DNA of 64,000 nt from Takakia lepidozioides. Lineage: Eukaryota > Plantae > Bryophyta. The first letter of the stretch is position 1, and each line of letters starts with the position of its first letter. The notes beneath the pieces are model-generated. The model worked only from the letters and a program-made list of their open reading frames with translations, did no database searches and was not told the origin of the DNA. The translations under genes and the position numbers were made by a program. Positions 51,349 through 61,460 of this stretch are shown in pieces. The DNA lies in the NCBI GenBank assembly GCA_030704615.1, contig CM060732.1:14508001-14572000 (forward strand), read 5' to 3'.

Positions 51349-54300
51349 ATGGCCTCCCAGCCCATGGGCTCCCTTGACGCGGACTTCTTCAGTGAGGACC
51401 ACCCTGTCCCCTTTTCTTACGAGGTGGAAGATGACGGTTTTGCGGTGGTGCATGAACACGTGCTCGCAACGCAGTTTCGGTTGGAAAATGGAACTCTATT
51501 CCTTGAAAGAGAAGTGTACGATGCCAATGGAAAACTGCTCAAGTACGCGTTCCGAAAACCTTCGCATACTGCACCAACCACACAATGGAGAGTGACTCCA
51601 GGCAGATACAGGGTGCTCAGTGCTCCTCGGAGACAGTCTGCAGGATCGTTCGTTACTCCTGGCACGGCAGCATCAGTGGCCCAGGAGAAAACACCCGTGG
51701 TTGTCAAGAAGGAGTCAAGTACCGTTAACACTGTAGTTGAGCTTTCGGACTCATCCTCCGATGACACCTGTGAAATACCGCCCGTGGATCAGCCATGTCC
51801 ACATCAAGAAGCAGATGTGGGAGATCACCAGTGTCATTCCTAAACTGAAAGCTATGGGTGGGATGGCAGGATTCAAGAGTGAGTTGAGGGGGATTGACTG
51901 GAGCACTTTCAATGTTCAGAGGGTGGCATTCTTGCCGGAATCTTTTGATGGTAATACTGTTTTTGAGCTGCCTCCTCCTGGTCGCGTTGGGGGCATTTCC
52001 AGTCTCATGGAAGGAATGGACAAAAAGCACGATGGGCACCCTTGGTGCCGCACAAAAACCTCCAATATTCACAACCACAACAACCTCATATTCAGGCGAA
52101 CAGTCTGTAATGGGCACCTGAAATGCGAGAACATAAAATGCAGACACTTCGCATTGTCGGGTGTCTAAAACCAAAGCGAATGGGATGGTGTCAGTGAGAA
52201 TCCATTCAAGCCTGGTGTGACACCTCCATATAGTAACACTTTTGTGTGCAAGTTCTGTAGGGTACCGCCTTGCTGCCTTGCAATGTGTGGCGCCAGAATG
52301 TACTATGTGGTGCATCGATTCAAAACCCTGACTAGAGCCTGTGTCCATTTCGGTTTTCACAACCACCCTGTGTCCAAGGGGGATTACAGGGAGAGCGTTG
52401 AGACAGTCTTGCGTCTGATAAGGCAAGAGTTGGATACCAATCCAACTGGAACCACATCTGCAATTGCCATGGGGGCGAGCAAGTCCTTTATGGAAAGCCG
52501 TATTTTGTGTGCTCGGATTCGGTTGGAGGAAAACTGGAGGGACCAGCTTTGGACACTGTTATGGACCATTTCTCGACTTTGACTTCTCCAAACATTAGGA
52601 ATCAGGTGAACGCTTTAAGAATGGGCTCTAGGAGCCGAGGTTATATGGACAATATTATGGATTTGAAGAGAAGGAGCATGTACGACTACATCCAAGACAG
52701 CGTTTTCCCGGGGCAAGGAGCCAGGAAAGTGTTCCTGTTCAAAATGTCCACAAAAGGTGAGGGCAGCGGAGTCAGCCTGGTTAAACGTATGCAGAAGGGT
52801 GGCAATCTAGGCAACTGCTTCCTTATGTTCGATCACGTCAAGAGGGTTAAAGACTGTACCACAATGGCATGTCATGTTTACGACCTTGTGTACCAGCGTG
52901 TCATGACAATTGCAGTGTGTGACATGCAGTCAGAGGACACAGATTCACAGCAGCTCATGTGGGAAGCTCTCATTTGTGTTATGGCCTCCAATGGTCTCCC
53001 ATCTCCCAATTTTGTTGGTTTCATGGCCGACAGTGCTCAAGCTAACTTCAACGCTGTCCGCATTGTATTCGGGACGGGAGATCCAAAAGTGCCAATGCCT
53101 GGAAGAGAACGTACGTGTCTTTTCCATTGGACACAATCCCTTGATAAACACACAAAGGCAGACATCAAGCTAGATATGCAGAGTATACATCATCAACTGT
53201 GCAAACAGTACAAAGACGCCAAAACTATGGGGGAAGCGAATACATTGTTCCAGACAATTCGTGCCTGGTGGTACTCATCTGGAGCGGCATCGGAGGACAG
53301 CATGAGGGCACTGGAAGACTGGTTCGCATTTTGGCACTTCCGTTACCGGCAGTGGGGAGCGGCCATGACAACGGTGAGCGGTTTGCATTCACCTTCCTTT
53401 GGGTGCTTCGGATATATCTTTCAGGGTCCCATCCTAATATCGGCTTTGTGTTTTTTTGCCTTGCAGCATATGTCCATTGAGGAGATGGCGGACATGCCAT
53501 CTTGCAATCTAGCGGATACAGTGCACAATGCCTGGTTGCAGCAATCCGGCAAAAAATGAAGAGATTTGTATGCGGCTACGGCCGATGACCTTATCCGTGC
53601 TCTGCAGCAGCAAACCAGATACAGGTCATTCTTGAGGGGTGGCCTTGGAGGCAAAGGCCCGGACAGGAGCGAGTTGATGTTGCGGGCAGCCAGAAGATCG
53701 GGGCATCCCAGCGCGGGCAGTGAGCATATGTGCAGATGGCAGCCCTCTCGTGGGAAGAGTTCCTCATCTGGAAGGTGAAGAGAGATTCGGGTCTTGCAAA
53801 TGGAAATTGGATACCCCTGTCGGATCGGATGCAGACTCCCATAGGGCGGACAGGGTCAACTTCTTGACGCCACGTGTTCCCTCGGATCAGAGATGGAATT
53901 GCGGAACATCCACAAGTGAGGGCCATTCTGCCCCAGACCGGACCCTTGCATCAAGCATTGTCACTGCAATGGTTGAAGACCAGAACGTGGTGCGGCATGT
54001 AATAGAGTCCATGTGCTTGGACGAGGTTTGGCATATAGAATGCACAAGTGTTGGATCGCGTGTGAAATGCGCGGCGATCAGGGCCACCAATCATGAAAAA
54101 TGTACATCATTAATATCCAGAGGGAAAGAACGCACTGCAGCTCCTACATTCACTGGTTTGTTTCTCCCTTACGGCCAAGGAGAGGCAAAGAACCACAAGT
54201 TTTGGTTTTGCGCTGACGATTGCGGGAGATGTGTGCGTGGGACAGTGAGGCCCTCCGTGGTGAGGAAGCCTACTCCACCAACCGTGTGGCCTGTGAAGAT

Positions 54301-54831
54301 GGGCACAGGTCTCACTCACCAAGAGATCGCAATGCTGGAAGAGGCGGGTTTCGACATTCCATTACACGGGAAGGTGCTTCAAGTACAAGCGGTTCACGGG
54401 TACCTCCGCCTGACGCTCACTTGTGGCCAACCAGACGGAATGGGAAGCTGGTTCGATGATTCCCTCCAACCGCAGAACACTATGGCAAAATCGAGTCCGC
54501 GAGAATGCTTCACGCTCGTGTTGTGGGAACAATGGAAGTGCCTGATCCAGGGTATGGTCGGGTCTTCACCATGATCTCATCCGCATCTGCACTGCAGGAC
54601 AAGACGTACGACATCACTGTTTCCAATTTTCCAAATTATACCTGTCCTGATTTTGTTGGTATGCTTTCAAGTAGTTTGGGAAAGAGAGGGAAGTTCATAC
54701 CGTGCAAACACCTTTACTTCGTCTTCTTGAGAAGGATGGTTTGTGATCCAAAGCGGGACTTCTTCATTCACCAAGCCACTATGAGTTTCAACGAAGTCAA
54801 CACACTTCTACAGCGGGATACAAGCCCATAG
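51349..54831 (+). pseudogene. Subfamily B MULE transposase (GCM-like Zn, DDE, SWIM), with a few stops and frameshifts
   Basis: KHDGHPWC...HFGFHNHP; LMFDHVKRV; FMADSAQANFNA; TCLFHW; intron ~53374-53466 at the same site as in A; NLADTVH; SWIM-like YTCPDF...PCKHLYFVF. Confidence 0.88.
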
Positions 54832-55032
54832 AAAGCATTCACTTGACACTCCGAAATCTGTGTTTTCCTTGACTACAACTTGTAATGGAATGACTGTTCA
54901 AGTCCAGTGTCTCTCAATGTATGTCGTCTAACATCTTTGCTATGCGTGGGTGAATGCATTTGTTGCATTGGTCTGTCATTCTGTTTTCATTAGCAAGCAC
55001 AAGAAACTACCTTCAGATAGACAGATGATCAA

Positions 55033-55300
55033 ATCAACCTCGTGTTAACATGAGGTTTACTTGGAGTTTTCCAAATCCCCCTTGTGCCAACACAAGGTTG
55101 ATTTTAGTTCTAAGAAAAGAACATCGTGTCAACTTGAGGTTGATTCGAAGAACTTCATGTTAACACGAGGTTGACATGAAGTTCTTCGAATCAACCTCAA
55201 GTTGACACGATGTTGATTTTAGTTCCAGGAAAACAACCTCGTGTTAACACAAAGTTCATTTCAGTTCTAGGAAATGAAGCTCCTGTTAACAGAAGGTTGA
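55033..55300. repeat. Array of AACCTCGTGTTAACACGAGGTT-like palindromes downstream of transposase B, containing a 45-bp-arm hairpin
   Basis: About seven variants; inverted repeat 55120-55164 / 55170-55214 with one mismatch. Confidence 0.9.
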
Positions 55301-55309
55301 ACTCCAGGA

Positions 55310-55464
55310 AAGCAATCTGATACTTAATCAGATAATAAGGTAACTTGTTAATATGAATGCGAGAAGAAATACAAATATGAAGCACCCCCATGATACACTA
55401 GTTGTAGGTCATGACTGATTGTTCTGAGCGGGTTGAGTGCTTAGAGATTTCCAACTCTTCTATC
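55310..55464. mobile_element. LTR-like fragment
   Basis: Reverse complement similar to ~60205-60350. Confidence 0.75.
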
Positions 55465-55900
55465 CGCACACTATTTTCAGGGCATTTGCGGTGAACATTT
55501 TCTCTGCAGATGCCCATCCCAAACAAGGTTTTTTTTTTTTTTTTTTTTTTTTTCCCACGTTGATGCCCGGAAAATAGTGTGCGGCACCGTACATTGTTTT
55601 TGAGGGCATCTGCGGTGCTATTTTTTCTCTGCAGCTGCCCATCCCACACACGTTTTGTTTTTTTTTCGTTCCCACGCAGATGCCTTGAAAGTAGTGTGCG
55701 GTGCCGCACATTACTTTTAGGGCATCTGCGGTGCACGTTTTTTTTACAGCTGCCCATCCGGCACACAGTTTTTTTTTTTTTTTTTTCCCCCCCGTTCCCA
55801 TGTTGTTGCCCTCAAAACAGTGTGTGGTGCCGCACACTGTTTTCAGGGCATCTGTGGTGCACGTTTTTTCTGCAGCTGCCTATCCCACACACGCAAAAAA
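55464..55900. repeat. Four ~120-bp tandem units (gggcatctgcggtg...gcagctgccc) with poly-T tracts
   Basis: Units start near 55464, 55588, 55705 and 55831. Confidence 0.85.
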
Positions 55901-56339
55901 AAAATAATTGTCTGACAAGTACACCGGCACAGAGCATTCTCTCGAAAGACAAAAAGGGACCTGTAGGTGAGGGGAGAGGCAAATGAAAGGGGAAGGGGAA
56001 GTGAACCCAGACGGGTCTCTTTTCAGTGCATTATGCAGCTTAAGTTGGCAGACTACACAACGTTGCAGTCAATGAGTCTCTTTTCATTATTGGTTTGTTT
56101 GGAATATGCAGCATAAGTCGGCATACTGTAAATGCGTATTCCCACGGTTATAGGTCCATCGGGTATAGGTATCTTATCTTTCGCCAAATGTGTTATGACA
56201 TCTGCTGTTTTGGCGGACGCTCACGCTTACGTGGCGTGAACGCCACGTCATGCAGAGGGAGCCAAGGCTCACGCCACGTCAGCCAAGCATGAGCTCAGCT
56301 CCCAGGCCCACGGGGCTGGGCTCACGCCGTAGCTACGCT

Positions 56340-56680
56340 GGTTTCAGACCAGGGTTCTGGCTTGCGTTAACGCAAGCCTAACGAAGAGTGCGTTTTTTTT
56401 TTTTTTTTTTTTTTTTTTCCCCCTCTGAATGGGGCCTGCTTTCAGACCAGGGTTCACGCTTGCGTTAATGCAAGCCTGACCAAGAGTGTTTTTTTTTTTT
56501 TGACCAAGAGTTTAATTTTATGTAATCTTTCCGGAGTCCTTGGAGTTGTAGGAAATGGGACTGGTTTCAGACCAGGGTTCATGCTTGCATTAACGCAAGC
56601 CTGAATCTCAGGGCACATAGTGCAGGTGAGGGGACTTCTCTCAGACCTCGGATCAGGCTTGCGTTGATGCAAGCATGATT
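56340..56680. repeat. Array of GGCTTGCGTTAACGCAAGCC palindromes (copy C intron)
   Basis: Four copies, each preceded by tcagacc; perfect 20-bp palindrome at 56359-56378. Confidence 0.85.
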
Positions 56681-56790
56681 CGAGCCTGTGTTTGCAATGT
56701 GTTTATTCCACAACGCGCATAGATATGCTGGCTGTTCTGATATCAATATGTGATTGGCTTCTGGTGATTTTCTATTTGCTTTCATCGCAG

Positions 56791-57544
56791 GTATATCCAC
56801 GGTTTTATGGGCTCCTACCCATTCTTCATCGATAGCTGGGCAAAGACAAATCCTGATACAACTATGTACCTTGCCGGTAATTTGGAGGACTGGAGCACAT
56901 CTCATTTGAAAGACTGTGGCTGGTACCTGGATTGCCCCAAACAATCACTCACACCATGGGCAGAGAACGTCCTTCGGAACTTGAATGACAATGCGGAGGC
57001 TCTTGCTCCTCTGACGGATAGACAGTTGTAGTTGAGAGATCTCCGGGTTTTGAAAGCAAAAGAACCAGTGGTGAGTCAGAGCCCGAAGAAAAAAGACAGA
57101 AATAGAAAAAGAGGCTGATCACGTTCAGACTTCAGCTTCTGGACAAGGCAGGGCTCAAAGGGGGTCAAAGAGGCCTGCTCAGTGTGACCGGCCATACGAG
57201 GCCCTTCCTAACCCTGGCAAAGGTGTTGCTACTCAATTCCAACACAAGACAGTGAACGAAGGCTTCTTGGACATGATGGCATCTCGGAGGAAAGGAGCCA
57301 CCGATGTGAAGAAGTCCCCGACTTGGGAGACACTGTCGTCATTCCTCACTCTAGTAAATTCATTATCTCTTCCAGCTTGTGTGTATGTAGATTTGAAGAC
57401 TATTTGCAGGTCTTCTAAGTGGGTATGCTTTCTTTGTTGGATGTGAAGACTGCCAAACGTCCATCCTAGGTGAACGGGGAGAAGAAACCCTTTACATGCG
57501 AGCTCGTAGTTGTGGATATTCCTGACGGGTTTCCAGTCCCCGAC
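56791..57544 (+). pseudogene. Third fragment (copy C) of the MTase-like gene, cut by an LTR insertion
   Basis: HLKDCGWYLDCPKQ...LRNLNDNAEALAPL; ELVVVDIPDGFPVPD (DIPDG at 57515-57529) stops at the LTR start. Confidence 0.85.
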
Positions 57545-60150
57545 TGTCGCGGCCCTTCGCCTTGAGGGTAGGGGGTCAGGACACAAAAGGGGCTGCCCTT
57601 GTGGTGGGGGCAGTGGCAACAATAGATACGAGGGCTGAAGCACCCTTGAGTGCCCAAGGCACTCAAGGAGGCGGAGGCGCTCACTAGGTGGAACCCCGCA
57701 CACCAGGTTGCGGTGGGGGTGGTTCCACGAGGGGGGTGGTAGCTTAGTGGGACTTAGTGGGGGTGGCATAGGACTCACCATGGGGCGGAGACCTTGTGGT
57801 GGGAGTCATGGGGAGTCTTGGGACTCATCACGGTCCAATGGGGCCTTGGTGGGTTGGCCAAGACTCACCGCGACTCACCACCGGGAATGGAGGGTCTTCG
57901 TGGTGGTTCGCCATAAAAGGATAGTCACAGAAGTATATATAGGGAGTAGTAACCCCGAGAACAGTGCAAGCCCGTTGGTGACCAAAAACTAGTGAGTAAG
58001 CGTGCGAGCCAGAAAGCGACCAAGGTGTGGGGAGCTGTTCCGGACTGCCAACAACCAAAGGGAATTTCCACTAGGCCCGAATTGAGAGAGGGTCTTGTGG
58101 AGGAGCAAAGGGGGACCGTTATGTCCCGGTGAGCAACCGAAGCTCCGAGTTGGCCCGGCGGCCAGTTTGGGAGTTAGGCGCGCGCATCAAAGAGAGTAAC
58201 TATGACTTGAAGGGGAGCTTACCGAAGTGAGGTGCGCGACACTTGGTATCAGAGCTTAGAGTTCAATATGCGATTGTCCTTGAGATTGGCCTCATCATGG
58301 GGTTGGGCAACACAAAGCGAAAGCGGAACGACCCGAAAGATGATGATCCCGGTGAGCCCGGTGGGGGCGACGTGTCACCGAAGCGGCAATTTGAGGCGAA
58401 TATTGCTTTTGAAAGCAAGGCCGCTCAAGAAGGAATCTGGGAGTTGGAGCCCGAGGACTTCCCGGAGGCTCCAGCAGACCAACAGATGCCTCCCATGCCA
58501 GCAGCCTTTTGGGAAGGGTTGATGGCGCAGTTTGGCGGGACGTTGAAAGACGTGTTGAGGGCGGCTAATGCCACTTCCACGAAGGCAAAGTTTAAGGTGA
58601 AGCCTAAGGAACCTGGCACCTTCGAGGCCGTCCGAAATCAGAAGGCACTCAACACCTGGCTCTTGGAGCTGAAGCAGTACTTCCAGGCGGCCAAGTTGAG
58701 TGACGAGGATCGGGTGGAAGTGACTCCCACCTATTTGAGGGGCTATGCTCAACAATGGTGGCAGAAATGCCTTCATGACCAAGGTCCAAACCCGGAAACC
58801 TTGAATTGGAGTGGATTCAAGGAACTTATGAAAAGATAGTTTGTTCCTCTCAACACGTGCTGGCTCGCCCGGGACAAGATGAGAAATTTGAAGCAAACGG
58901 ATGATATTCGGGGATACGTTCAGGCTTTCAATGTGCTATTGGTCGAAGTCGCGGATATGGCGGAACCAAAAATGGTCTTCAACTTTGTGGAGGGACTGGC
59001 CCCATGGGCCAGGCGGAAGTTGGAGGAGAAGCCACCTAAGACTTTGAACGAGGCAATTGAAAGGGCTGAATGTTTTTTGGATGTCCCTAAGGGCGAAAGA
59101 CAAGGCTGTACAAAGCTGAACCACAAGAATCCACTCCATTGATCTCGCAAATGGTGAAGTTCTCACGTCCCTCCCAACTCCCGAGCTGAAGAGGAACTTT
59201 GAACGCCAACCTCGTTGCCAATTGTGATTCTCCTTTGGCAGAACGCACCTCAATAGAGGCCCCCACATCACTTGTCGACCGTGCCGTTGCCGGTGTCATG
59301 AAGGAGTGCGACGCTCCTGTGTCCACCAACAACGACACGTTAGTTCTGGAAATTATCCCACTCACGAACATTATGACTCCCTTTACGCAGGGCGCCAGTC
59401 TCCTGATACAACTCACAAGAGTAGTCGCCTACCTTGCAAGTCTTGGCGACCACCACTTCCACCAAGCGGCTGATGGCATCTTCGGACAGCTCCGTGGTCG
59501 CCCGAGTCATGTTCAATTGTCAGGGGTTTTCGCACTTCTTGGCCATGTGCCCGGGCTCCCTGCAATTAAAGCACACTCCATCGAAGGTCGCCTTCTGTCC
59601 GCCATAAGCCGCCGCACCTGATTTTCCTTTTGGAGCACCGGGTGCCGCCTTGACGTGTGAAGACCCTCCTTCGATTTCCATGTGCCATTGTCGCCGCGTG
59701 GCCTATCCCACTTCTTTTCCGGTCGGAAGAAGTCACCCTCCCGCCGGGTCATTTTGGGGATGACCTTTATGAGCAAATCCGGAGCGGTCATAGATGGCCG
59801 CAAGAGAATAGTCACGCTACCGTGTGGGAATGGTGGCGAAGTTTTACGGGTATCGGAAACGTCCAACTGAGTGGGAGGGAAAATAAACCTGCTGTCAGCA
59901 AAGGAGTGGGCCGTGGAGGAGCCACACGAGCCCCAATTTTTGTTTTACGTAAGACAAGTGGAAGGAGAAGTCGATAGGGAGCCGAGCCCAGATTGGATCA
60001 AGGGGATCTTGGAGAAATACTAGGATGTGATGCCGGAGGATTTACCAAGCGGCTTGCCACCGCGAAGAGGAGTTGACCACAAGATTGAGGTGATACCGGG
60101 ATCGGAGCCGCCCGTCAAGGCACCCTACCGGTTGAGCCACAGAGAGTTGG
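57545..60150 (+). mobile_element. Ty3/Gypsy LTR retrotransposon 5' part: LTR 57545-58241, PBS, gag, inverted knuckle/protease segment, start of RT
   Basis: LTR TGTCGCG...CGCGACA; PBS TGGTATCAGAGC; gag TYLRGYAQQWW, LRNLKQT; CFNCREPGHMAKKC and LVDTGASHSF on the minus strand; LPSGLPPRRGVDHKIE...PYRLS. Confidence 0.92.
58244..58255 (+). promoter_or_regulatory. Primer-binding site complementary to initiator tRNA-Met
   Basis: TGGTATCAGAGC two bases after the LTR end. Confidence 0.9.
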
Positions 60151-61146
60151 TGTCGCGCGGCTTTTACTCACCCATCCCTTCGCTATCCGAGGCGGAAACT
60201 CCAAGATAGAAGAGTTGGAAATCTCTAAGTACTCAGCCCGCGCAGAACAATCAGTCATGACCTACAGCTAGTGTATCATGGGGGTGTTTCCTATTTGTTT
60301 CCCTTTTCGCATTCATCTTAGCTACCTTACCATTGATAATTAAGTATTAGTTTGCTTCATCAATCTATTAGTTTCCTTCACTCATCCATTCAATCCACAG
60401 CTTCACTCAGATCTCTCTACATAGTGTGATTGTATCGTGTAAGTATCAGATTATGATTTATCAGGTATCAGGCCGAAGCCATTATGTCTCTAATCTGCTC
60501 TACAATATCACTACCGCTTTGCATATAACAAGCATCTACTAATCCTCTTTCCTCCTTCACCGTGCTCTCCATCTTTTGCTTCCGATCTCCGCTCCAGCCT
60601 GACTAAGAAGTCCTCCTCCGAATAATGATCCCCCTCAATTCCCCGTTTTTCCCTTTATCTTCCTATCCGCAGTTCTAACCGTTTCCCTCACTAACCGTCG
60701 TCTGTGAACTAACATGTTCCCTTCGCAGGTGTTGTTCCCCACAGTTGTTCCCTGTCCTACTCTTCGTTCCCTATGATCATGACAGCTGTGTCAAGCTGTG
60801 ACTGGCTGTGTGAAACTGTGACGGGCTGTGACTGGCTGTGCGACTGTGTTTGGCTGTGTTGGCTGTGTGGGCTGTGACGACTGTGACGGGCTGTGTTGGC
60901 TATGTGGGCTGTGACGGGCTGTGTGGGCTGTGTGGGCTGTGACGACTGTGACGGCTGTGTGGGCTGTGTGGGCTGTGACGACTGTGACGGGCTATGATGA
61001 CTGTGTAACCCCCCTCTACAGTGCGCTGCTGTCACCCCTAAGGCTCCTGTTGGTCTCAGTCTGTGCAAAAATTAAGGGTACCCTACAGATCCCGTATAAG
61101 TGTCTAAGTCCCCTACTGTCCTCTAACATTACCCCTTCCCCCCTCA
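60151..61146 (-). mobile_element. Probable 3' LTR (60151-61128) and polypurine tract (61129-61146) of a second, nested LTR element
   Basis: Interrupts pol at 60150; reads TG...CA on the minus strand; GAGGGGGAAGGGGTAA immediately upstream; contains a (GGCTGT/GACTGT) simple repeat at 60785-61005. Confidence 0.65.
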
Positions 61147-61460
61147 AAAAGTCGTGTCCTCACGGTTTACTGTTTCCGAGTAGCAAACCTTTGTGAGTGA
61201 GCACCCTGTTGACGTTGAGAGTTTCGTGGCGGACTGTGTGTACGAGCCCGAGGTCTGTCTCTGGTTGACGGAGATGGTTGATCACTACCTGGATAAGTGA
61301 GGCCCTCTGGAGGCTGATATCGAGGTAACCTTTCCGGCATAGGAGACCCCCGTCGCTTCTTTTCTGCCATCTGAATTGCATAGTCTTCTCCCATGTCAAA
61401 AGAATTCTGTGAAGAAACAGTTGTATCAGAATCCTCATCACCTCTCAGATGTTTTAATTT

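Noticed and set aside
41296-55310. TIR/TSD-defined boundaries for subfamily B
   Set aside because: No convincing terminal inverted repeat pair found; the right side is cut by an LTR-like fragment at ~55310.
60757-61068. Ser/Gln/His-rich ORF
   Set aside because: Translation of a simple repeat inside the probable LTR.
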